Source of the DNA: Myxococcota bacterium
GTDB lineage: Bacteria > Myxococcota_A > Polyangia > Nannocystales > Nannocystaceae
Direction: 5' to 3'
Assembly (NCBI GenBank): GCA_039028615.1
Contig: JBCCHT010000003.1
Location: forward strand, 288,001 to 352,000
Length of the DNA stretch: 64,000 nucleotides
The position numbers and the translations under genes were made by a program. The notes under the pieces were generated by a model. That model saw nothing but the letters and a program-made list of their open reading frames with translations. It made no database searches and had not been told where the DNA came from. Each line of letters begins with the position of its first letter. The first letter of the stretch is position 1. Below are positions 37,323 to 46,428 of this stretch, one piece after another.

Positions 37323-38062
37323 GCGGCGTAGATCTCGGCGAGCCGCGCGTCGTCGACCTCGGCCGGGCTCGAGTCGAAGGTCACCTGCCCCGCGCGCAGG
37401 CCCACGATGCGATCGAAGTGCTCGTCGAGGAGCTCGACGTCGTGCAGCGTCACCACCAGGGTCGCGTCGTGCTCGCGGACCAAGGCGATGAGCATGGTGA
37501 GCAGCTCGCGGCGCAGCCGAGGGTCGAGCCCCGCGGCGGGTTCATCGGCGAGCCACAGCTTCGGGGCCTGCACCACCAGCCGCGCCAGCGCGACCCGTTG
37601 TTGCTCTCCGCCGGACAGCTGCGTGGGCCAGTCCCACAGCCGCGAGCCCAGCTCGACGCGCTGCAGGGCGTCGTGGGCCAGGGCGATCTCGGCACGACGC
37701 GGCCACACTCGCGCCAGCAGGCTACGCACCGTGGACCAGTGCCCTAGTCGTCCCATGATCACGTTGTGAAAGACGCGGAGGCCCTCGACGAGGTTGTCGC
37801 GCTGCATCATCAGGCCGACGTCTCGACGGAGGCGACGGCGGGCGGCCCCCGAGGAGGCCATGGGATCGTCGCCGAGAACCTCCACCTCGCCTCGGGTCGG
37901 CTCCTGCAGGCCGGCCAAGACGCGCAGCAGGGTGGTCTTGCCCGAGCCCGAGGCTCCGATCAGCGCGACCACCTGACCGCGGGGGATCTCGAGTCGGACG
38001 TCGTGGAGCCCGCGGCCTTCGGCGAAGCTCACCGAGACGGCGTCCAGCGAGCAGGCGCTCAT
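37319..38062 (-). CDS. phnC: PhnC-type ABC ATPase
   Basis: GASGSGKT, NVIMGRLG, LSGGEQQRV and LADEP. Confidence 0.88.
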   Translation of the reverse strand: MSACSLDAVSVSFAEGRGLHDVRLEIPRGQVVALIGASGSGKTTLLRVLAGLQEPTRGEVEVLGDDPMASSGAARRRLRRDVGLMMQRDNLVEGLRVFHNVIMGRLGHWSTVRSLLARVWPRRAEIALAHDALQRVELGSRLWDWPTQLSGGEQQRVALARLVVQAPKLWLADEPAAGLDPRLRRELLTMLIALVREHDATLVVTLHDVELLDEHFDRIVGLRAGQVTFDSSPAEVDDARLAEIYAA

Positions 38063-39033
38063 CCGATGTGGCTTTCGTCCATCGCTCGGACGACGCTGCG
38101 GATCTGATCCCAGCGCGAGGCTTCGGCGGCCACGAAGGCCTGGGCCGAGAACGCGGTGAGGACTTCGAGATGCGTCGGGTCTTCGGGATCGAGGTCGACC
38201 AACGCCGTGCGCAGCGCCTCGACCGTCTTCTTGTCGAGCCCGCCGTGGGCGACGAAGCAGTAGTCGACGTACTCGGGCGTCACGTACACGACGGGCGCGG
38301 CCTGGCGCGTGGCTTCGTCCGCCGACTCCCAGGCGGCGTAGTTGACCACGCCGAAATCCGTGGCCGAGCTGGCCACCGCGCTGAGCGTGGCCGAGTGCCC
38401 GCCCTTGAGCTGGTAGCCGGGTGGTCCGCGGAAGCTCGACTCGGGAGACAGGCCCACCGCCTCGGACTCGAGGAACCATCGCGGCATGATGTGCCCCGAG
38501 GTCGAGCTCTTGGCGCCGAAGGTGAAGCTGCCCTGGGCCAGCGTGGGGCCGAGGGCGGCGAGGGCCTCGAGCGGCTGGGGGCTGCGATCGGCTCGGGCCG
38601 AGAGCGTGCCGCGATCGACCCAGCTGCGGTTGGCCACGAAGTAGCTCTTGAAGCGCAGATCGACTTCGCGCGCGGCCACGAAGTGAACCCCGGCCGGCGT
38701 GCGGTCTTCGGCCTGGACGGCCGTGACTCCGCCCAGCCATGCCGCGTCGATCTTGGAGGAGGCCAGGGCGGTCACGGCCGCGGTGTAGTCGGGCACATGC
38801 ACGTACTCGACCGGGCGCTGCAGCGCCTTGCCGAGGTACTCGGCCACCGCCTGGTAGCGCCGCGACAGCTCCTCTTTGTCGGCATCGGGAATGCCGCTGA
38901 AGCGGAAGGGCCGGGGGCCTTCGCGTCCGCAGGCGCCCGAAGCCCACGCCAGCACGCTGGCCGAGGCGGCACCGATGAAGGCTCGCCGCGAAGGCTCGAG
39001 GGCGTGGGAGGGCGGCTCGGGTCGCTCGGTCAT
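38059..39033 (-). CDS. phnD: PhnD-family substrate-binding lipoprotein, putative selenate-ABC subfamily, Tat signal
   Basis: Tat motif SRRAFI. IPD, Y.AAVTA, FTFG..SSTSG..MP, GH and TP.Y.DY motifs. Confidence 0.85.
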   Translation of the reverse strand: MTERPEPPSHALEPSRRAFIGAASASVLAWASGACGREGPRPFRFSGIPDADKEELSRRYQAVAEYLGKALQRPVEYVHVPDYTAAVTALASSKIDAAWLGGVTAVQAEDRTPAGVHFVAAREVDLRFKSYFVANRSWVDRGTLSARADRSPQPLEALAALGPTLAQGSFTFGAKSSTSGHIMPRWFLESEAVGLSPESSFRGPPGYQLKGGHSATLSAVASSATDFGVVNYAAWESADEATRQAAPVVYVTPEYVDYCFVAHGGLDKKTVEALRTALVDLDPEDPTHLEVLTAFSAQAFVAAEASRWDQIRSVVRAMDESHIG

Positions 39034-39254
39034 GCGCGGCTCGGAGTGTACACGGGCGGGCTTCGTACGCACGCATCAGCTCCGTCGATGTGAAGACCCC
39101 CATGCATCGACAACGTCGCTGGCCCAGGCGGTGCGACGAGCGGCGCATCGGACATTTCGATACGAGCGTGCACGGCCATCGACGGGGTCGTTGAGCGTTG
39201 CGCACGAGCTTGAGCGGATGATCGACTTCGCGCTATCAGTCGCCGCGCTTCCTG

Positions 39255-40487
39255 ATGAACAACCAATCTTTCGTACGACGGGCCGCGGTGTCGATGACGC
39301 TCGCTGCGGCGATCCTGGCCCCTTCGCCCGCGCTGGCCGAGGACTGCACCGAGCTGCCCAACCCGGTGTTCTTCCCCGCCACCACCCTGCTCGAGTCCCT
39401 GCTGGCCGAGGTGGGGCCCATTCTCGCCGACGAGGCGCGGAGTGACGATCAGATGACGATCGTCCACTTCCCGCTGTCGTCGTGCATCTCGTACGACATC
39501 GGTCGCGAGCAGATGCCGCTGACGGGCAGCGCGGTCTACTACCTGCCCGACGGCACCCAGGCCACCTGCGACATGCCGGAGAACAGCGACATTCGCTCGG
39601 ACCTGACGGCCATGGACGTGGGCGGCGTGACCTGCCTGGGCGGCGAGACTCCCCCCGCCGAGCTGGTCGAGTACCCCAGCCACGTGGAGACGCTGGGCTT
39701 CGTGGTGCCCCGCGGCTCGAGCCAGACGGCGATCACCGCGACCGAGGCCTACTACCTCATGAGCTTCGCGGGCGAGCCCGGCTTCGAGGTCGCCCCGTGG
39801 ACCGACCCCAACTTCATCCTGGTGCGGAACCCGGGCTCGAGCACGCAGCTCACCATCGGGGCCAACATCGGCCTGCCGGGCACCATGTGGAACGGCTCGC
39901 TGCGCGGGCACCAGGGCTCGGGCGACGTGCGCGATGCGGTGATCGCCGAGAACGCGACCGGCAACGCCGAGAGCGTCATCGGGATCCTCAACAGCAGCAA
40001 GTGGGAGGCCGCGCTCAACGACATGAAGGTCCTGGCGTTCCAGCCCTTCAACAACTGCTTCGGAGCGATCTTCCCCGACTCGACCTCCACCTCGCGGGAC
40101 AAGCGAAACGTGCGGGACGGTCACTATCCGCTGTGGACCAACCTTCGCTACATCGTGCGGACCGACGGGGCGGGCACGCCCGTCTCCGCCAACGGTGAGG
40201 ACGCGGCCGCCCGGGCGCAGCGCTTCGTCGACCTGATGACCGGCGTGCAGAGCATCGAGCCCCTGAACCTCCCCGAGGCGGTCATCGGGACCGGCAACAT
40301 CCCCGCCTGCGCCATGCACGTGGCCCGCGAGGTCGACGGCGGCCCGATCGCCTCGTTCGAGCACCCCGCGCCCTGCGACTGCTTCTTTGCCGAGAGCAAC
40401 GGCATCGACAGTGGCTGTGCCACCTGCACTACCGACGACGAGTGTGGCGAGGGATCGTGCCGCCTCGGTTACTGCGAAGCCCGCTGA
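39255..40487 (+). CDS. Secreted Cys-rich PstS-like (periplasmic binding fold II) protein
   Basis: Signal peptide ending ALA. RNPGSST and NVRDGHYPLW motifs echo PstS-family R..GSGT and G.YPL. Cys-rich C-tail. Confidence 0.62.
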   Translation: MNNQSFVRRAAVSMTLAAAILAPSPALAEDCTELPNPVFFPATTLLESLLAEVGPILADEARSDDQMTIVHFPLSSCISYDIGREQMPLTGSAVYYLPDGTQATCDMPENSDIRSDLTAMDVGGVTCLGGETPPAELVEYPSHVETLGFVVPRGSSQTAITATEAYYLMSFAGEPGFEVAPWTDPNFILVRNPGSSTQLTIGANIGLPGTMWNGSLRGHQGSGDVRDAVIAENATGNAESVIGILNSSKWEAALNDMKVLAFQPFNNCFGAIFPDSTSTSRDKRNVRDGHYPLWTNLRYIVRTDGAGTPVSANGEDAAARAQRFVDLMTGVQSIEPLNLPEAVIGTGNIPACAMHVAREVDGGPIASFEHPAPCDCFFAESNGIDSGCATCTTDDECGEGSCRLGYCEAR

Positions 40488-40502
40488 GAGGAAAGTCGAA
40501 CC

Positions 40503-40763
40503 ATGAACATGAACGTGATGATGAAATTGTCGGCGGTGCTCGTGCTGGTCTCGGCGCTCGGCCTCGGGGTCTCCTGCACCGAGGACTCGGGCGACGACGC
40601 CACCGGGATGGACGACGAGGGCGGCGAGGACTTCATGTGCGATCCGGTCGGAGCCAACGCCGAGATGGGCGCGCTGCTCAATGCGCCCGTGGCCGATGAC
40701 GTCGAGGTGATCGTCAAGCAGGCGCAGCACCCGGGGAACCCGGGCCCGCTCGACTTGCCGTAA
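40503..40763 (+). CDS. Small acidic lipoprotein
   Basis: Lipobox GVSC, GAGG RBS, 86 aa. Confidence 0.7.
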   Translation: MNMNVMMKLSAVLVLVSALGLGVSCTEDSGDDATGMDDEGGEDFMCDPVGANAEMGALLNAPVADDVEVIVKQAQHPGNPGPLDLP

Positions 40764-40778
40764 TCGAGAGGTTGGATG

Positions 40779-42284
40779 ATGGGGCCGTGCACGAGCTTGG
40801 GCTTGGCCTTGGTCGTGCTCGGCCTCGCGCCCGATGGGGCGCCGATCGAACTCGATGAGGTCGAGGCGGTCGGAGAGATTGAGCTCGACGAGGTCGAGGC
40901 GGTCGAACCCGCCGCAGAGATCGAACTCGACGAGGTCGAGACGGCGGAGCCGCCCGGGGACGTCGATGACGTGGCGCCCGTCGAGGTGGCCGGGTCTGTC
41001 GAGGAGGTCGACGACTCGGCGAGTTCGGGCGACCCCGAACCGTCGGGTGACAGCGCCACACCGACCTCCAGCGATTCCCCGTCGGCTCTCGAGCGCTTGA
41101 AGACGCTGACGAAGCACGTCCGTCCGGGTGGCTTCATTCAAGTCGATTTCCTCCACCGCCAGATCTCGGAGGACGAGCTCTCCGATGGCACCCGCGAGCC
41201 GCTGAACGAGACCGGCTTCAGCCTCCGCAACGCTCGCTTCGGTTTCGATGCCGACTGGCGCTACGTCGGCACCACCGCGTACGTCGATCTGTTCTCCGAC
41301 GGAGGCTGGGTCCGCCCGGCGACCGTCGACCTGCACGTCCAGCTCCCGGGCAAGGAGGGCGCGCCGCCGCTCGTGCAGCTGCGCGCGGGCCTGCTGCGGG
41401 TGCCCTTCGGCTTCGAGAACGACAACCAAAACGACGCCCAGCGCTTCTTCGGCGAGCGCACCCTGGTCTCGCACGCCTACATGCCCGGGCTCTTCGACGT
41501 CGGCGCGTCGTTGTCGGGGCAGCTGTGGGCGTTGCGGTGGATCGTGGGCGTGTACAACGGGCAGCCGGTGGGGGCGCCTGGCTTCGGCTACCGCGATCCC
41601 AACGCGGCCAAGGACTTCGCGGGCCGACTGCAGCTGCGAGGCGATGCGTTCCGCTGGCTCGACGCAGCGATCGGCCTGTCCGGGCTGTGGGGCAAGGGCT
41701 TTTCGGCCGGCACCCCCGCGACCAAGGATTCCTTCGACTGGGTCGATCTCAACGAGGACGGCCGCGTGACGCTGGCCGAGATCATCCCGGTGACCGGCTC
41801 CGCGGGGCGGCCCTCGGAGAACTTCTCCCGCTGGGGGCTGGGCGCCGACGTACAGCTGCGCAGCCAGATCCCCCGCATCGGTCAGCTCATGCTCTACGCC
41901 GAGGTCGCCGCGGGTCACAATCTCGACCGCGGCGTGGCCATTGCCGACCCCGTGCTCCTGCGTCGGGACCAGCGGGGCATCGGCGGCTACGTGGGGCTCA
42001 CCCAGCAGCTCACGCGACACGCCACGATCGGGGTTCGGTACGACGAATATCTGCCCGATCTCGACACCCTGGAGCCCTACGAAGGCACGGTGGTGATCAC
42101 CCGGCGACGGTTTCAGACGGTCACGGCCGGCGTGGCGGCGCACCTTCAGCAAGGGGAGGCCATGGCGACCCGGCTGCTGCTCGAGTACGCCCACCAGCGC
42201 AATTCCCTGGGTCGCGATGCCGCCGGGCGACCGGCTCAGCTCGACAACGACACGCTGCGCGTACGGGCCGAGGTGGTGTTCTGA
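40779..42284 (+). CDS. Porin (OprO/OprP-like) with EF-hand-like loop
   Basis: GFIQVD, FSLRNARF, G..RVPFGFE, ER, YNG, AKDFAGR, RYD and terminal Phe. Confidence 0.78.
   Translation: MGPCTSLGLALVVLGLAPDGAPIELDEVEAVGEIELDEVEAVEPAAEIELDEVETAEPPGDVDDVAPVEVAGSVEEVDDSASSGDPEPSGDSATPTSSDSPSALERLKTLTKHVRPGGFIQVDFLHRQISEDELSDGTREPLNETGFSLRNARFGFDADWRYVGTTAYVDLFSDGGWVRPATVDLHVQLPGKEGAPPLVQLRAGLLRVPFGFENDNQNDAQRFFGERTLVSHAYMPGLFDVGASLSGQLWALRWIVGVYNGQPVGAPGFGYRDPNAAKDFAGRLQLRGDAFRWLDAAIGLSGLWGKGFSAGTPATKDSFDWVDLNEDGRVTLAEIIPVTGSAGRPSENFSRWGLGADVQLRSQIPRIGQLMLYAEVAAGHNLDRGVAIADPVLLRRDQRGIGGYVGLTQQLTRHATIGVRYDEYLPDLDTLEPYEGTVVITRRRFQTVTAGVAAHLQQGEAMATRLLLEYAHQRNSLGRDAAGRPAQLDNDTLRVRAEVVF
40845..40940 (+). 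repeat. Triple coding repeat IELDEVE at the porin N-terminus
   Basis: Units start at 40845, 40878 and 40920. Confidence 0.85.
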
Positions 42285-43198
42285 TGGTGGGGTGGTCCCA
42301 GTGGGCGACCACGGGTTTGGCCGTGTTCGTGCTCGGGTCGCTCGGGGGATGCGAGCCCGCGCCCTCTCTCTTCGGCCCGGGGCTCGATCTCCAGGTTCGC
42401 GTCGCGGGGGCGCAGCTTCAGCAGGGCCCGCTCGCGCCCGACCAAGGCGGACCCACGGTGAGCCAGGTGCTGCGCCCGCAGCCCACCGTGCACCGCGGGG
42501 AGGCGGCGGTCGAGCTGGACGGCCGTCTCGGAGCGGGGGGCGTGGCGCTGCACATGCAAGCCGTCGGCGACGACGACCACTGGATCGCCGCACCCAAGGG
42601 CTTCGATTTCGTCATCGCCGATGAGCTGCTGTGGGACGCGCAGCTCGAGTTCTCCCACGCCATCATCCGCGATCGCATCAGGCTGCGGTTGCAGGCGACC
42701 GACGCGAGCGGCCGGGCGGGCCCGGTGCGGGAGGTCGAGTTCGGCGTATCGCCCGAGGTGCCGCCGTCGGCTCAGCTGGTCTCGCTGGGTTGGGATGGCC
42801 CCGTGGACCTCGATCTGCACGTCGAGCTGCCCGACGGCACCATCGTGGGGGCCAAGAATACGAGCAGCTACGAGCCGCCCGCGGGCCAGGCCCCCGATCC
42901 CGACGCGTGGATGGAAGGGGCCTACCACGACTTCGATTCGAACCAGCAGTGTCGCCTCGACCTGCGCAATCGAGAAAATGTGGTGTGGCCCATGCCGCCC
43001 GCGCCCGGGACCTACCGGGTCTATGCCCAGCTCTTTTCGCCCTGTGATCGAGCCGCGGTGAACTTCCAGGCGATGGTGCAGCAGGCCGACGAGGTGCTCG
43101 ACGTGGTGGGCGGCACGCTGCATGCCTTCGACTCGCGTGTGCATCCCCGAGACGACGAGGCGCCCGGCCTGCTGGTGCTCGAGTTCGAGGTCGAGTGA
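42284..43198 (+). CDS. Lipoprotein with YfaP/DUF2135-like domain
   Basis: Lipobox LGGC. VSLGWDGPVDLDLHV..PDG, DSN..C..D...RENV and PGTYRV. Confidence 0.75.
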   Translation: MVGWSQWATTGLAVFVLGSLGGCEPAPSLFGPGLDLQVRVAGAQLQQGPLAPDQGGPTVSQVLRPQPTVHRGEAAVELDGRLGAGGVALHMQAVGDDDHWIAAPKGFDFVIADELLWDAQLEFSHAIIRDRIRLRLQATDASGRAGPVREVEFGVSPEVPPSAQLVSLGWDGPVDLDLHVELPDGTIVGAKNTSSYEPPAGQAPDPDAWMEGAYHDFDSNQQCRLDLRNRENVVWPMPPAPGTYRVYAQLFSPCDRAAVNFQAMVQQADEVLDVVGGTLHAFDSRVHPRDDEAPGLLVLEFEVE

Positions 43199-43980
43199 GG
43201 TTCGCGCTGCTACTGGCCTCGGTGGGGGCGCATGTGCTGGTGGTCGCGGTTTCGCCTCGCGGGCAGCCGCATGCCGACGATAACGACGAGCGCGAGGCCG
43301 AGCTGCGACCGGTGGAATTGCTCGACGCGTTACCGCCGACGATGGCGGTCGAGCCGGAGCCCGAACTCGAACCCGAGCCCGAACTCGTCCCCGAGCCGGA
43401 GCCCGCTCCCGAGCCCATCGCCGAGCCGCCGCCCGAGCCCGCCGCACCGCCTCCGAGTCCACCGCGCCCGCCTCTTCGCGCCCGACCCACGCCCCCCAAA
43501 CCGGCGGCGGCTCCGGCCGAAGCCTCCGGTTCGGTGCCGGTCGCCGATGCCGAGTCCGCGAGCCCGGCCGAGCCTGCGGCGCCGCCCGAGCCCCGGGCCC
43601 TCGATCTCACCCTGTCCAACGACGGCGAGGGCCAAGGAGGCACGGGTCGTGGTCGAGGGCGCCGCCCCGCTCCCGCCTCGACCCCGGCGACCCCGCGCTG
43701 CCGAGAGCCTCGCAGTAAGCCGCGGCCCCGCACCAAGAAACCGGTCAAGTACACCCGCGAAGCCCGAGCCGCCGGCCTCGAAGGCCGACTCATCTTGCGC
43801 GCGTCCGTCGATCGCCGCGGGACGGTGACCGGAGTCGAGGTCGTGCAGTCGGTGGGCCCGTTGGTCGACGAGCCGGGCGTCGCGGCCATGAAGCAGTGGA
43901 CCTTCGAGCCGGCGACCGCCTGCGGAGATGCAGTCGCCAGCCACTACACCATCGCTCGCGACTTCGCGCTGGGGGACTGA
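43195..43980 (+). CDS. tonB: Energy transducer TonB
   Basis: N-terminal TM with SxxxH, (EP)n Pro-rich spacer, and C-domain YT..AR..GLEG...WTFEPA. Confidence 0.88.
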   Translation: MRFALLLASVGAHVLVVAVSPRGQPHADDNDEREAELRPVELLDALPPTMAVEPEPELEPEPELVPEPEPAPEPIAEPPPEPAAPPPSPPRPPLRARPTPPKPAAAPAEASGSVPVADAESASPAEPAAPPEPRALDLTLSNDGEGQGGTGRGRGRRPAPASTPATPRCREPRSKPRPRTKKPVKYTREARAAGLEGRLILRASVDRRGTVTGVEVVQSVGPLVDEPGVAAMKQWTFEPATACGDAVASHYTIARDFALGD

Positions 43981-43983
43981 GGC

Positions 43984-46428
43984 GTGTCGTCGTTGCTCGC
44001 GGCCTGGATCGTGACCCGAGCGCTCGCGCCCACCGTGGTCGAGGAGCCCGCCCCGGCGGAGCCCGTGGTGGCCGAGCCCGTGGTGGTCGAGCCCCTGGCT
44101 GCGGCACCCGAGCCGTTGCCCGTCGTCGCGCCGCGATTGATCACGTTCGTGCAAGCCTCGCGTCCGCCCGACTCGGGAACGCAGTCGGTAGCGGTGTTGG
44201 TCTCGCTGGACATCGACGCGCAGGGGCGGGTGCAGGCGGTGGAACTCGTCGAGTCGGGAGGGGATGCCTTCGACGCGGCTGCGATCGCGGCGGTGCGCCA
44301 GTTCGAGTTCGAGCCCGCGCGTGAAGGGAACACGCCCATCGCGGTGCAGATTCGCTATCGCTACGTCTTCGACGAACTCGTACCGCCGGTCGAGCCCGAG
44401 CTTCCCGCCGAACCCGAGCCCCTGACCATCGATGACGCCGAGGTCGTGCGTGGCCCTCGAATCGACGCGCAGCCGGCCCAGCTCGAGCTTGCCGCGGCCG
44501 AGGCCGAGCGGCTCGCGGGGGTCCAGGGCGATGCCATCAAGGCGGCGCAGACCCTGGGGGGCGTGGGGCGCCCCGCCGCCGGGCAGCAGGGGCTGGTGAT
44601 CTGGGGCATGTCCCCGACAGATACTCGGACCTACGTCGACGAAATCCCCATGCCGCGCGCGTTTCACCTGGGCGGGACGCGATCGATCTTGCCGTCGCCC
44701 ATGGTCGACTCGGTGGTGCTGGTGCCCGGCGGCTACGGCCCGGCCTACGGGCGCTCGCTCGGCGGTTATCTCGACATACGCACCCGGGCCCCGCGCTCGG
44801 AGGACGACCCGCATCGGACGGGAGGTTACGCGCGACTCGACACCATCGATGCCTCGTTGGGCGTCGACACCCGCGTGGCCGAGCGAGGCGCGGTGAGCCT
44901 CGGCGTTCGGCGCAGCATCGCGCGGCAGACCTACGGCGCCCTCATCCCCGATTCCTCCGTGCCGCTCGTGCCCTTGCCCGACTCGTGGGACTACCAGACC
45001 AAGAGCGTGGTGCAGGTCTCGTCGCGCGACGAGATCGAGATCCTCGGCTTCGGCGCCCACGACCGCGTGTCGCGGGGCATTCCCAGCCTCACGCCCGACA
45101 CCCGCTTCTCCGAGCGCCGTCAGGCCGGGTTTCATCGCCTCGCGCTGCGGGTCCATCGTCAGCACGACTCGGGGCGCAGCGTCGTGTTCACCGGCTGGGC
45201 GGGCCTCGACGATGACCAGTGGTCGCAGCAGTTCGACCAGGTCCAAGCCGACTCGAGCGCTCGCGCGTGGCGAGGGGGGCTGCGCCTGCGGGAGCATCGG
45301 CGGCTCGCGTCGTTTCTCGTGCTGCGCTGGGGGATCGATCTCGAGGTCGACCACACCGTCTCGGCGCGTTCGGGGGCGGTCACGCTGCCTCCGCACGAGG
45401 GCGACCTGCAGGTCTTCGGGCAGCCGCCGGGCGATCGGGTGGGGGACGACACCTGGACCACGATCCGAGCCGGGCTGGGGACCTACTCGTCTCTGCGCTT
45501 CGAGCTATGGAGCGACCGCCTGACCCTCGAGCCCGGCCTGCGCCTCGAGCCGATGGTGGTGGCCGGCGATCGCATCATGCCCGTGCGCCCCATCGAGCCG
45601 GAGATCGGGTTCACCGAGGTCGACGTCGCGGTCGATCCTCGACTCGAGCTGGGCATCGCCCCCGCCAAGGGATGGTCGCTGCGAGCCGCGGGAGGTCGCT
45701 ATCGTCGCGCTCCCGATCCCGCCAACCTCTCGCCCATCTTCGGCAACCCTCGGCTCGCTCCGGCCCAGGCCCTTCACGCCATCGTCGGGGTGGAGGGGCA
45801 GGTCACGCCGTGGCTCGAGCTGGTGCTCACCGGGGTGTGGCTCCGTGCCTACGACCTGTCGGCGCGGGCGAACGAACCCACGCCGCCCGTGGCTCAGGCG
45901 TTGGTATCCGCAGGCGACGGGCGTAGCTACGGGGGACAAGCGACGGCGCGCATCGAGCCCACCGCCGCCGTGTTCACCTGGTTGACCTACGCGTGGAGCC
46001 GGGCGGAGCGTCGTGATCCGGGCAGTACGGGGTGGCGACCCTTCGATTTCGATCAGACCCATGTGGCCCAGGCCCTCGCGGGGTGGCGGCACCGCAGCGG
46101 GGTGGAGCTCGGCGGTCGGGTCTCGCTCGCCTCCGGCAACCCGCGGACCCCGGTCGTGGGCATCGTCGCCAATGCTCGCCACGGCGGCTTCGACCCGATC
46201 TTCGGTGAGCAGGGCTCCGAGCGCCTGCCGCTTTACTTCGCGGCCTCCGGCCGCATCGCCTGGGCGCGCTCCTTTGCTTGGGGGGACCTGAGAACGTGGC
46301 TCGATGTGCAGAACCTGACCTCCCGCCGCAACGCCGAGGAGGTGTTCTACTCGTCGGACTACGGCTCGCGGGGCTACGTGACCGGCTTGCCGATCTTGCC
46401 GTCGCTCGGAATCGAGGTCCGTCGATGA
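43984..46428 (+). CDS. TonB-dependent receptor with N-terminal TonB-C-like domain
   Basis: N-terminal FDAAAIAAVRQFEFEPA. Plug D.IKAAQTL.GV...GGYGPAYGR..GG. Barrel end FDFDQTH, N...RN.E and LPILPSLG. Confidence 0.88.
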   Translation: MSSLLAAWIVTRALAPTVVEEPAPAEPVVAEPVVVEPLAAAPEPLPVVAPRLITFVQASRPPDSGTQSVAVLVSLDIDAQGRVQAVELVESGGDAFDAAAIAAVRQFEFEPAREGNTPIAVQIRYRYVFDELVPPVEPELPAEPEPLTIDDAEVVRGPRIDAQPAQLELAAAEAERLAGVQGDAIKAAQTLGGVGRPAAGQQGLVIWGMSPTDTRTYVDEIPMPRAFHLGGTRSILPSPMVDSVVLVPGGYGPAYGRSLGGYLDIRTRAPRSEDDPHRTGGYARLDTIDASLGVDTRVAERGAVSLGVRRSIARQTYGALIPDSSVPLVPLPDSWDYQTKSVVQVSSRDEIEILGFGAHDRVSRGIPSLTPDTRFSERRQAGFHRLALRVHRQHDSGRSVVFTGWAGLDDDQWSQQFDQVQADSSARAWRGGLRLREHRRLASFLVLRWGIDLEVDHTVSARSGAVTLPPHEGDLQVFGQPPGDRVGDDTWTTIRAGLGTYSSLRFELWSDRLTLEPGLRLEPMVVAGDRIMPVRPIEPEIGFTEVDVAVDPRLELGIAPAKGWSLRAAGGRYRRAPDPANLSPIFGNPRLAPAQALHAIVGVEGQVTPWLELVLTGVWLRAYDLSARANEPTPPVAQALVSAGDGRSYGGQATARIEPTAAVFTWLTYAWSRAERRDPGSTGWRPFDFDQTHVAQALAGWRHRSGVELGGRVSLASGNPRTPVVGIVANARHGGFDPIFGEQGSERLPLYFAASGRIAWARSFAWGDLRTWLDVQNLTSRRNAEEVFYSSDYGSRGYVTGLPILPSLGIEVRR

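Noticed and set aside
39034..39254. Pho box or cobalamin riboswitch between phnD-like and the uptake operon
   Set aside because: I saw no CTGTCAT-type 11-bp direct repeats or B12-box sequence.
39030..42593. 1187-aa minus-strand ORF
   Set aside because: Antisense to four motif-bearing genes. Composition is typical of shadow frames.
43349..43440. GAGCCC/GAACCC tandem repeats
   Set aside because: Ordinary (EP)n spacer of TonB, not a CRISPR or VNTR element.
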